64,000 nucleotides of DNA, taken from Schmidtea polychroa (Eukaryota). Below the pieces are notes generated by a model. That model was not told where the DNA came from. It did no database searches and saw nothing but the letters and a program-made list of their open reading frames with translations. This document shows, piece by piece, positions 13,210 through 23,589 of the stretch (positions are counted from its first letter, which is position 1; each line of letters opens with the position of its first letter). The stretch lies in contig CM097885.1 in assembly GCA_044892525.1 (NCBI GenBank), forward strand, positions 13,146,001 to 13,210,000. The letters are read 5' to 3'. Made by a program: the position numbers and the translations under genes.

Positions 13210-13305
13210 GCTGTTCCTACAAAAACTAAATCTGCAAATGAAATGGCTGATGCGATAAAAGGAATGTTTGCAGATGGCAAACCTATTAATTTACAAGCCG
13301 ATTTA
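13210..13305 (+). pseudogene. Polinton/Maverick retroviral-like (rve) integrase fragment
   Basis: Translates AVPTKTKSANEMADAIKGMFADGKPINLQADL, matching the c-integrase pattern AVPLKxKxxxEVxxAxxxIF...PxxLQTDxG. Confidence 0.75.
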
Positions 13306-13638
13306 GAAAATAACTGTAACTCCACAATGTCTACTGATTTTTGTAAATAAATTATTAAAATCTTTTTCTTTATTTGCTTCCTGGTACAGATCATCGATAA
13401 TAATAACATCACCTTGGCGTAATCTAGATGACCAATTTTTATCAAATCCTTTAGTCATTTTTAATTTACAGAAACTGCTTTGAGTCAATCCATGCTCTTC
13501 ATCTGCACCTCGATGCCAATATATTTTATTAAATTTTGATTTAAAAATGTTTGATTGTAATAAATTACATACAAATAAAGTTTTCCCGCTTCCACTAGGT
13601 CCTACAATTTGATATACCGCGTCATTTCTTAAGTCCAT
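13303..13638 (-). pseudogene. A32/FtsK-HerA-like viral DNA-packaging ATPase, C-terminally truncated (Polinton/adintovirus type)
   Basis: Walker A GPSGSGKT, Walker B IIIDD and the A32-type motif LFTKISRHCGVTVIF. It breaks at the junction with the integrase fragment. Confidence 0.9.
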
Positions 13639-13686
13639 TTTAATTAAATTATTTACTTTAATTTGTTTATAATTAGAATAATTAGA

Positions 13687-14088
13687 ATGATTAGCAACAT
13701 TAATTATAGAGGAAGATGTGTAGTAAATGGAATGAAGTTCCCATCAGGAAAACCTCAACATGTTGAGGACAGAAGTGGAAAATATTCAATTTTATTCTTC
13801 AAGAGCGGGAAATGTAGGATAATGTGATGTAAGAAACCATTACAAGAAAGTGATCTCAAATATCAGATTCAAGATTTAGAAATCCAATCAATTACATTAC
13901 CGTTAGATATCGGTACATGCATTGATTTAAATGCATTGTCAATGAAAACCAATAGTTACTACGAGCCTGAAATAGTTCCAGCTTTACGTATTTTCAAGTA
14001 TAACCCTCTATGTGTAAATGTTTTTCAAGTGGTTATATTAGGGATTAAAACATTTGATTATTTTAATCAAATTCAAGAAATTCATTAA
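13687..14088 (+). pseudogene. Compact TATA-binding-protein-like gene inside the Polinton relic (one internal TGA at 13825-13827)
   Basis: Manual translation: MISNINYRGRC...YSILFFKSGKCRIM*CKKPL...LEIQSITLPLDIGTCIDLNALSMKTNSYYEPEIVPALRIFKYNPLCVNVFQVVILGIKT. Compare TBP repeat motifs ALIFSSGKMVCTGAK and IQNMVGSCD..IRLEGL..YEPELFPGL..LIFVSGKVVLTGAK. Confidence 0.8.
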
Positions 14089-14248
14089 ATCATTAACTAT
14101 AAATATTACAACAAATGAAGAAATATTGGAATATTTATTAAGTTAATTTAATTTGTAGTAGATTGTTGTATTTTTGATGTTATGATTATTTTTGACTATA
14201 ACCAAATTAGGCTTCGTTTTTTTTCGAACATAAGCGTTCCCGTAGAGT

Positions 14249-14765
14249 TGGGGAAATTAGATTAAAAAAAACTATATAGCGATAATTTACAATGGTAAAT
14301 AATCGCTATAGTAAAATGACAAATTAAATAAAAATTGATAAAAAATTTAAAAATCTATAACTCCATAACGCCGAAGCTAAAGATAATTGTGCGAAATAAA
14401 CGTGGAAATAAAAGGGAATATAAATCGAATTGACTCAATTTATTAACAAAATATTATCCAAAGAATAAACCAAGTTTCAAAAGAAAACAGAAGCCAAATA
14501 AACTTAAACTATATTGTCAAGCAAATAAACTTAGAAACCAAAGAAAACAGAAACAAAGAAGTCGAAGAGATTCGAAACCTTTATAACATCAATCTCTCCC
14601 TCAACAATATAAAGTGCGTATCTATTTTATTGTTTTTTTAAATAGAAGTTGTAATTTTAAAGTATTGTTCTTTACACTCATTTGATTATTGTAATATTTT
14701 GTAACTTACATACATTCACCCCAGCTGTCCCGAGACAGTTTATTTACTGGTGACTCGGCTGGGCT
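14249..14765 (+). mobile_element. Probable LTR with PBS-like TGG motif inserted in the Polinton relic
   Basis: tggggaa...ttcacccca termini, then tggtgactcggctggg. Boundaries are uncertain. Confidence 0.4.
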
Positions 14766-14942
14766 CTTCAAATCTCTATTACATACGCAATCATACATCA
14801 ATTACTCAAATATAAGCAACAAATATAAACCAACAAATACAAAAAAACAAATATAAACCAACGAATACTACAATATAATTAATTTAATTAATTGTGTTTA
14901 AATTAGCTGAATATCTACAAAAACATAAATTCAAAAAAATGG

Positions 14943-15260
14943 ATGATAGCTTATAGAATCAAGCAATTAACGGGGATCAATATAGAAGAAATTATACGAA
15001 AGCATTACGAATCTTTCCAAGAATCAAGATTTAAATGCATAGATAATTGTGAAGTATGTACCGATCCATTGAAATTACCATGTCCGTTTAAGTGTAGATG
15101 CTGCCAAGAATATAAAATGAAAGAAATTGTTCATATTTTAATTAAGAAAAGCAAATATTGGATGAATAAATTTTATATTTTTACTTTTGTTCTTCTTATG
15201 TGTTTAGTTAATTTTTATGCGTCTAGTTATGTGTCTAGTTATTTTTATGTGTTTAGTTAA
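14943..15260 (+). CDS. Small Cys-rich ORF, possible Polinton accessory gene
   Basis: Intronless, contains CIDNCEVC...CPFKCRCC, and lies between the TBP-like gene and the putative terminus. The 3' third may be read-through into repeats. Confidence 0.4.
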   Translation: MIAYRIKQLTGINIEEIIRKHYESFQESRFKCIDNCEVCTDPLKLPCPFKCRCCQEYKMKEIVHILIKKSKYWMNKFYIFTFVLLMCLVNFYASSYVSSYFYVFS

Positions 15261-15289
15261 TTTTTATGTGTTGTATAGTATCTGGTTGA

Positions 15290-15322
<33 letters not shown>

Positions 15323-16066
15323 TCATTAAAACTTTCATTGACTTCAAAAAATTTTTTAATTAAAATTTCCATTAAAAAAAATCATCTTAAAAAATTTCAA
15401 TTCTCAATCACCGACTATTATTCCAACTATTATTCCAACTTTAATTTACTTATTTAACTTTAAATTAAAATTATTGACCATTGATTACTTAATTTTAAAA
15501 TTTGGACATTAATTTACTGTAATTCAAAAATCTGAGCCCATAATTTACTTTAAGTTAAAAATTTGCCATGCTTTTTTTTATTTAAGATCGCCTTTTTGTA
15601 TTGAAAATCACAGGACCATGGAGACCCCCTCACTACAGTCTGAATAATCCATGCTTAGTAGGATATTGTATTGAATAAAAAAAATTTGTATTGAAAATCA
15701 CAGAAAAAAAAGTGTGACTTACCACAGCAATTATGTAATCAAAGGTTGCAGCCACTAACTACCTACTACATTACCAGCACACGCAAATGCCTTCCATTCT
15801 GTCATATAGAGCAGAAAATTCGAAAAATATCTCTTCGATCACCAATTTGAAAGTAAAAGATTTTATTGTTTTAATTGACATAATATTTATAAGCGATATT
15901 AATCAAATAGTTTATTGAGAAATTAAAAACAACATTTTAATTGTGACAACAGAATTATGAATAGAAAAAGATCATTTCATGGATCATTGAGTAAATAAAC
16001 AAATTCAAAGAAATCTGATTGACTGAGGAGACGGATCTTCCATTTCGTGGAGAGGACTGATTGCCA

Positions 16067-16650
16067 TCAATGTGAAGGCTTTTTAAATAATAACGGCTGT
16101 GAGTTGTTAGGTAATTGATGATCTGAGTTTAATAACAAAGTATTGTATGATTTTGACAGGATCAAGTCTCTCTGCCATATTGGCCACATGTTCGTATAGT
16201 TATTGAATGAATTCGGTAGAGTTGGTGATAATTCTGATTTTGGTTCAACCGTTGATTGCTTGACGATGACCGATGGATTCAGTGACTGACTTTTAAGCAG
16301 CTTATCAATGAAGAAATTCGGGGTGGATTCTTGAGATTTATTTCTCATCTCAATTGAGTCGGAATTCACAGATGAACAACTGCGGGTTTGATGACTTTCA
16401 CTGTCTTGGCAATCTTGTTTGTTAGTCAGTGATTTGGTTTTTCGTCTTCGTCGTCGAAAATTTCCATGATCAAACATTTCTTCAAAGTTCTCATTCAGGG
16501 TCCAGTAATTGCCCTTTCCAGGATTATTTTTGTCACGGGCAATTTTGATGAAACAATCATTGAGACTGAGATTGTGCCTAATTGAGTTCTGCCATCCTTG
16601 CTTGTTTCGATGGTAAAACGGGAAATTATCTGTAATGAATTTGTAGATTC
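16067..16650 (-). CDS. Forkhead transcription factor (FoxL1/FoxC-like), exon 2
   Basis: Acceptor ttgaatag|GA at 16651/16650. Reads (G)[70 protein letters not shown]..., with an eh1-like FFIDKLL and the stop at 16067. Confidence 0.95.
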
Positions 16651-17348
16651 CTATTCAATTAATAAGTTAAATTGTTTGGGTTATACAAAATATATATGAA
16701 ATTAAAATATAAAAATTACAAATTATCAAAATCAATTAAATATTAATTAAAAAGTCAAGTGTAAAATTTAATATTTTTCAGGAGAAGGGGGCGGAAGTGG
16801 TAACCGATGACAAATGAGATTTTGAAAACGTATAAAATAATTTTAAACTGATTAGAGGTTCAGGATCCAAAAACCAAATTATGGAAGCCCATAAAGCTGG
16901 GAATATCCAGAAAGATTTGGTAATTTCTTTTGATTATAGTCAAATCTTACTTGTTTCGATTTTACTTACTTATTTATTTACTTCAACCACATTTTGAATC
17001 AAAGTAGACATAGTTTTACAATGACTGCATCTTGTGAGTTTTTTTTCGTTTTTTTCCCAAAAGAGGACTTAATTTTATTTTTAACAGTCAACTTCATATT
17101 TAAGCCGAATAATAATTATATATTTCGATAGCTGATATAGTAAGGCTTGCTTGTGAAAAGTTCGAATGATTCTGATATCAAATATGGAAATTGAAAAGAT
17201 ATATAAAAAGATATATATTCTGTATATTTTACTTTTCTTACTATCGAAAAGGCAAAAATTCTATTGAAACAAAAAAAATTATTCGATGTGTAATCGATAT
17301 ATCATTTATTTTTATTTTGACAAAAGATCAATTATTTTTATATTATAA

Positions 17349-19874
17349 CAAGGGTGGGCACGCATGGGTTCAATAAGAGCCATTTTCCGAAAATTTATTT
17401 TTTACAGAGCCACCATAGTAAAGTACATATTTTTTTTATTTCATTAATTTGATTAAAGAGACTTAAACGCTATTAAAAAAACAAAATAATTATTTCAAAC
17501 ATTAAGTAACAAACATAAAAATCCATTAATAAAAAGTAATAAAATTTCTTGAATTAACGAAAACTTTTGGTCAAATCTTTGATATTTGGTGTATACTTTG
17601 TTAAAGCTGTTCGCAGCAATTCTGTAAGATGCTGATTGGTCAACTGTGAACGATATTTCGACTTTACGAACTTCATTGTGGAGTACAAAGATTCACAACA
17701 ATATGTTGTACCAAAAATTGAAATTAGACGGCAAGCAGCTTGTTTTAAGTGTGGATATTTTGCCTCTGGTACGAGTTTCCAAAATTCAACTATAGAAGTA
17801 GATTTATGGTGCATTTGCAAAGCCTGGTCCTCTTTCATATCTAATAACTCCAATTCCCCAACCGCTTTTTTAACAAGTATTACTTCAGAAATTGGAAATC
17901 CATCTTCAATAATATCACAAATAAATGGGTTCACAAAAAATGCAAATGTAGATTTATAACTTTTCAAATCTTCAAACCTACATTTGAAATCCGCTTGCAA
18001 TTCTTCCAATTTTTCACTGTATTCGTTTACTTTTTCTTCTGTAATATCAATTATATTAGCTTTTATTCGTGGAAAATGATTAAATATTTTCGACATAAGA
18101 TCGTTCACAAAAAGCCGAAGTTTAGCTTCAAAACTAAATAACGTTTGTGACAAATCAATAATTATCTTTTCTTTTCCTTGTAAAGCCAAATTTAATGTTT
18201 GCAAATGTTCCATAATGTCTGTAAGGAACATTAAGTCAGAAAGCCAAGTTTCATTTTCTAATTCTGGGTATGCTATTCCGTTTTCTTTGGTAAATATTAT
18301 GATAGGATTTAGGAGTTCCACAAAACGGTTCAAAACATTGTAAGTTGACAGCCATCTAACAATACACCATAAGGAGACATCATTAGGCAAATCATCTGTT
18401 TCGTCATTTAATCTTAATTCTTCCAAAAAGTTTTTAAATTGACGATGTGTTTTGGCATTTGTTCTAATTAAATTCACAATCTTCAAAACAATCTTCCACA
18501 CATTTTCGTATTTAAAGTACTTCGCTATGAGATGCTCGCGATGAATTATGCAGTGAAGAGATAAAAAGTGAGGAATATTAGGATCTCTGTTTAAAAGACC
18601 AATGACACCTTGATTTTTCCCCATCATTGCAGGCGCTCCGTCTGTCGCAACACTTACAAGTGTGTCACGAGCCAATTCGAACCTGTCCATAACTACATCA
18701 AGCGCAGTTTTGACATCGATACCGCGAGTTGTTTCGAGAAGAGCTACTAGGTCTAACATTTCTTCCTTCACTTTTACGTCAGAAGATAAAAAGCGGACAA
18801 AAACGGCTAATTGCGGAACATCCTGAATGTCAGTAGACTCGTCGAGAGCTAAACTGAATGCTGTACAATTTTTTAAATCACACATCAAATTATTTTCAAC
18901 ATTTTCGCTAATTTGGCCAATTCGACGCTCAGTTGTACGACGTGAAATAGGAATACGTGAGATCAATTTATGTAGTTTTGAGTTGTCCGGATCCAAAACT
19001 TTAATCACTTCTTCCAAGTTTCTCTTAATAAATTCACCTTCTCCATATGGACGTTTAGCACGAGCTATATTCCAAGCTATCAAAAAACTAGCTTCGTTGG
19101 CACTGTCATCTTCTCGACTAAAAGTAGATAATAGTCCTTGTTGGGCTTGAAGCCCTGATTGCAATGACTTAAGTTTTTCTGTCCGCAAGTTTGAATTGAG
19201 TGGATATAGAATTGATAAGTGTGGATGACTTACTTCATAGTGTCGACGTAAATTGGTTACTTTGTAGTTGGAAATTGTACCTTTACAAATAAGACACAAC
19301 GATTTACCATTATTGTCAATAAAAAAAAACTTTTCTGTCCATTCTTCTTGAAAAGTTCTATTTTCTTGTCTGTATTTTCGTTTTTTGATGTTTTCTGATG
19401 TCATTATAATAATAAATTTAAATAACTATATGGCTGAAATTTAAACAAAATAATAAAAAGACATTAATTTAATTTTAATTAGTTTAAAATTTTAAAATGC
19501 TTCATAAAAAAATCTTCTTACCAAATTTTTCAAAAAACACGAATAGAAAACTATACTAAAATATACAAACGACCGCAATCTTGTACAAACAAAATAATAA
19601 CCAATCAAAATTCACTAAATTTATTTTTGATGCTTCTCTCTCGTTGTTATAACAAAGCGCCGCCTACTACAAAATAATTTTAAAAAGCAGTAAAATGTGA
19701 AAAACAATGTTTCATTAATTTTTGACATTTATGAAAATACAATTGCAACAAAAAATTTTTTCTCAAAACATTTAGTGAAAAATTTAAAAATAAAAAATCG
19801 AATTCGATTATCAAGAATTCAATTATCAATGAGCCGCAGTTTACTCAACGAAGAGCCGCAGTTGCCCACCGTTG
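17349..19874 (-). mobile_element. Full-length hAT transposon (Buster/Charlie/SPIN-like) inside the Fox intron
   Basis: TIRs caagggtgggca / tgcccaccgttg match 11/12. Perfect TSD tattataa at 17341-17348 and 19875-19882 (nnnTAnnn type). Subterminal gagccgcag repeats. Confidence 0.97.
17554..19404 (-). CDS. hAT transposase, 616 aa (GTF2IRD2/ZBED5-like)
   Basis: BED finger CLIC...LRRHYEVSH, FSLALDESTD, ATDGAPAM, HCIIH, VRWLS and GTTYCCESLYS. Uninterrupted ORF. Confidence 0.97.
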   Translation of the reverse strand: MTSENIKKRKYRQENRTFQEEWTEKFFFIDNNGKSLCLICKGTISNYKVTNLRRHYEVSHPHLSILYPLNSNLRTEKLKSLQSGLQAQQGLLSTFSREDDSANEASFLIAWNIARAKRPYGEGEFIKRNLEEVIKVLDPDNSKLHKLISRIPISRRTTERRIGQISENVENNLMCDLKNCTAFSLALDESTDIQDVPQLAVFVRFLSSDVKVKEEMLDLVALLETTRGIDVKTALDVVMDRFELARDTLVSVATDGAPAMMGKNQGVIGLLNRDPNIPHFLSLHCIIHREHLIAKYFKYENVWKIVLKIVNLIRTNAKTHRQFKNFLEELRLNDETDDLPNDVSLWCIVRWLSTYNVLNRFVELLNPIIIFTKENGIAYPELENETWLSDLMFLTDIMEHLQTLNLALQGKEKIIIDLSQTLFSFEAKLRLFVNDLMSKIFNHFPRIKANIIDITEEKVNEYSEKLEELQADFKCRFEDLKSYKSTFAFFVNPFICDIIEDGFPISEVILVKKAVGELELLDMKEDQALQMHHKSTSIVEFWKLVPEAKYPHLKQAACRLISIFGTTYCCESLYSTMKFVKSKYRSQLTNQHLTELLRTALTKYTPNIKDLTKSFR

Positions 19875-20024
19875 TATTATAACCTTTATCAATAACTCTT
19901 GCATATGCAAGATGTAGGTTTATAATTTTCTAAAAAAATATTTTATTAAAACAAATTTATATTATAGTATTATTTTATAATTATTATTAAAGATAATTAT
20001 TAAATATAATTATTATTTATTAAT

Positions 20025-20200
20025 AAGAGAGCTTGAAGACTATAAATCAGTAATATATCGATGTTTTTGATACTCACGAATTTTCGGCGAGTATCAAAAA
20101 ACATCGATATATTACTGATTTATAGTCTTCAAGCTCTCTTTTTAAAAAATTCAATGGAAAAAATAATCAGTGGTGAAATTGGAAAAAAGTTCTTATAATT
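20025..20200 (+). repeat. Penelope-derived short hairpin element, copy A
   Basis: ~51-bp near-perfect inverted arms (20025-20075 / 20089-20140), followed by ttcaatggaaaaaataatcagtggtgaaattgg. That segment also occurs at the 5' end of the Penelope relic (~21960-22100). Confidence 0.8.
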
Positions 20201-20359
20201 ATTATTAAATTAATTTTTTTGGTTAAACTTTCTGTATTAATTTTCAAATGTTCTCTTTATGGAAGTAAATTTTGGAGAGAAGTTCAGAAATCTTTTCAGT
20301 GTTCAAAGTGTGGTATTAATCAACTTAAGTGGAGTTCAAATAAGTATTTCGTATATAAC

Positions 20360-21258
20360 TAGGCTGACCATTCGTCCCTTTTTTCAGTATGGCACTCCTT
20401 AAATTTAAATTTTTTTAAAGGGACGCAATTTGTCCCTTGTTCTCGCCATACTTCCCATAAAGTCCCTTATTTTATTCATATCTCTGAAATACCATATATT
20501 TATTGCAACGCGTGAAAATCATTCACAACGGCAAATCTCTTCATTTTTATATCTAACTACATTGCAAATTTTATTATTTTGCAGCTACATACAATGCAGC
20601 TAGTAAGGGCAGCGACAATGCAATTTTTCTTATTGTGAATAGCACTTTTAAATATCAATCGATTTCTTATTGTGAATAGAAAATCGATTTCTTATTGTGA
20701 ATAGAAGAATGTCAAAAAAATGTCAAAAAATTTTTAAAACATATGTTTAAAATAAGTAAATAATTCGTTTTTCTGTTTATTTGAATATTTGTAGTTTAAC
20801 GGAATATTTGAATATTTAAAGTTAACTTTGTATAAAAATTCTACTAATAATTAGTGAATAATTTTTTTTAAAGATTTTATAAGGACATATATTAGTTTTA
20901 ATGTTTATTTGAATATTTTAACGTAAGTAACTTTAGATAATCTTAAAATGTTCTATTAATAGTTAGTGAATAATTTTTTTAAAGGATGCCACCAAAGCGG
21001 AAATGTATATTTAATGAATTACTAGAAAAAGAATATCCATTGATTAAAAAAACCTCAGCAGATAGTGACGTAAGATGTTCCAAATGTTATGCTGAATTTT
21101 CAATTGCGAGCAGTGGCCGCTGGGACATATCGCAGCATTTAAAAAGTGTGAAACACAAAAAACCTGATATTGCTGCAAGTAGTAGTAAAAACTTAAATTC
21201 ATTTTTAAGAAATCAAAACTTTAACGATAGCGAAAAGAATTTGGCTCTTATTGAAGGT
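20360..21258 (+). mobile_element. hAT Blackjack-like 5' end with BED-finger N-terminus, truncated
   Basis: taggctgaccattcgtccc terminus with gtccc/gggac subterminal motifs. ORF from 20986: MPPKRKCIFN...CSKCYAEFSIASSGRWDISQHLKSVKH. Confidence 0.75.
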
Positions 21259-22115
21259 GCCTCAAATGACACAAAAGATTTTGAACTGCATATATATATT
21301 TTGAAGTTTCCGAGCGTTTCTTGTTTTTTCATTATGTCGGAACAGATCCTTATTGCTCTTTTTCTCTCTCCTACTAATAAATCGATTTTTCGTTAGAGTG
21401 GAACATGACTTTCCCAAGGAAGAATGTGTCCACTGCGTAGTCTTTTAGTAAATAAATCTGTGTTGAAAGTGAGTTTATTTGGACCTTTAGAAGAACTATC
21501 ATGGTATCTTAAAAAGAAATTTTGCCTTCTGAGTTAGGTAGTTCAAGAGTGAATTGTATATTATTGTTAAAGGAGTTTGCATGTGATAAGACTATGTTGA
21601 GAGGTACCGTGGTGACTATGAAAATGTCATCAATGTATCTTTCAGGATCTTTTTTCCAAAAAAATTATCTATATTGGATTCTATATGATTTATGTAGAAA
21701 ATGGCTAAAATTGGCGAGAATTGGCTAAACCATGATTTTGTTTAAACGGTTTTCTTTTAATTAATACAAAAAGGGTTTTCTTTCCTGTTTTTCTTTAAGT
21801 GGGGTAATTGTTTGAATGGAAAAGTGGACTTGAGTTTTTTTGTGACTAAAAATCCCTTAGGTATTATGTTACGTCTTTTACATTCTTTTAGGAAATTTAA
21901 TTATTTTAAGACTACAAAAGAAAGAATGATCAATTCGATGATGGGCTTCAGCCATTATAGTATTATAAGAACTTTTTTTCAATTTTCACCACTAATTTCT
22001 TTTCAATAGACATTGTATTTATTAAAAGGCTTGACTATGAAGCAGTAAGTATATCGATGATTTTTTGATATTCACGAATTTTCGACACTGCCTTTTTCAA
22101 GTGGTTGAGAGTAAC
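21256..22115 (-). mobile_element. Internally deleted Penelope-like retroelement
   Basis: Minus-strand FLKECKRRNIIPKGF (N-terminus), ERYIDDIFIV, NIQFTLELPNSEGKISF*DT, and SGHILPWESHVPL*RKIDLLVGERKRAIRICS. The 5' pLTR carries CTTGAAAAAGGC...GTCGAAA. Confidence 0.85.
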
Positions 22116-22812
22116 TGTATAATAAAATAAAATTAAAATTATTATTAATTATAATTAATAAATTACAATAAAATATTAGTAAAGTAACTCTGTAACCCGG
22201 TATATGGGAAATGTTCTCAATCTGAAAAAATTGAATCCAGATTTGTTTCATGAACATGCCAATATTAACATTGGGAAATCCAGTAAAATGTGCATAGATA
22301 TAATTATTAATTAATATGTTCACACTGCATAATATTTTTTTTGAACAAGTTAAAACAACATTTCGGTTCTTTTGATTTACCGAAATAAAACATTCGGATG
22401 CAACAGAAAATATTGTATGATAAACACAAGTTCTGATGAAATGCATGATGTAGTTATTTGTAATGAAAAATCTTTTTTCACCGAAAACCGAACACTGGCA
22501 GAATGCCGAATTATAAAGGAAACACCGAGCGAAATATTTACTCTGATGCTGTGGTATTACGATTCCCAGTTTGGAAACCAAGTATCAATAATGCGGATCA
22601 GGGATAACAATCACCAGATTGATAGTCTGGTCAATTACGTTTATTTATGAATTGACATTGAACACTACTTCACAAGGACACCGCCTAACGTGACTCTTCG
22701 TCAACTGAAGGTACGGCTCAACAACATTAGTATTCAGAACATCTCCATTTATGCACCAGTTGGAATTTATTTTAGTTTTAAATAAATAAATAATAATAAT
22801 AATAATAATAAT

Positions 22813-22914
<102 letters not shown>

Positions 22915-22915
22915 T

Positions 22916-23352
22916 TGGTTCTTAATTAACTTTTAAAACTTATTTTAGATGCAAATAAATAGTGACAATAAATGATAAGAAGAAGAAGAAGAAGAAAAAA
23001 AAAGAAGAAGAAGAAAAAGAAGAAGAAAAAGAAAAATCAGATTTATTAAATACAAAAGAAATGTAAAAATAAATAATTAAACTGAATAATCTAATTACAC
23101 CAATAACATTTTATGTAAATGTTTTATGATAAGATCTAATAATAATCTCAATAATAATAAATATAACAATAATCACTATAATATTAATATTATTATAAGA
23201 ACTTTTATTTCTTCCAATTTCACCACTGAATATTTTTTCCATTGAATTTAGTAAAAAGAGAGTTTGAAGACTATAAATCGCCGAAAATTCGTGAGTATCA
23301 AAAAAAATCGATATATTACTGATTTATAGTCTTCAAACTCTCTTTTTAATAA

Positions 23353-23401
<49 letters not shown>

Positions 23402-23570
23402 TATTATTATTATTATTATTATGTGGTTTTTAATTAATTTTTAAAACTTATTTTAGATGCTAATAAATAATGATAATAAATGATAAGAAGAAGAAGAAAA
23501 AGAAGAAAAAGAAAAAGCCGATTTATTAAATACAAAAGGAATGTAATAATAAATAGTTAAACTGAATAAG
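22916..23570 (+). repeat. Two direct copies of a ~150-175 bp unit (22916-23090, 23424-23570) with (GAA)n, each following an AAT/ATT tract
   Basis: Shared text aaaacttattttagatgc...gatttattaaatacaaaag...aaactgaataa. Confidence 0.85.
23195..23347 (-). repeat. Penelope-derived short hairpin element, copy B
   Basis: Reverse complement of copy A with a deletion in one arm. 27-bp arms at 23253-23279 / 23321-23347. Confidence 0.8.
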
Positions 23571-23589
23571 TTAATAAATTTTATAAAAC

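Larger units (their letters stand above)
13210..15764. mobile_element. Polinton/Maverick (adintovirus-like) endogenous element relic
   Basis: Integrase, packaging ATPase and tightly packed intronless ORFs. Repeat-rich end with two copies of tttgtattgaaaatcacag and ...gccactaactac, the reverse complement of a GTAGTTAGTGG-like terminus. Confidence 0.7.

Noticed and set aside
16067..16477. 136-aa ORF as a stand-alone gene
   Set aside because: It is the distal part of Fox exon 2; the frame is open upstream to the acceptor at 16650.
17636..19150. Plus-strand ORFs 17636-17959 and 18827-19150
   Set aside because: They are antisense shadows of the hAT transposase. The same applies to 3794-4093, 8240-8434 and 31195-31422 opposite other coding frames.
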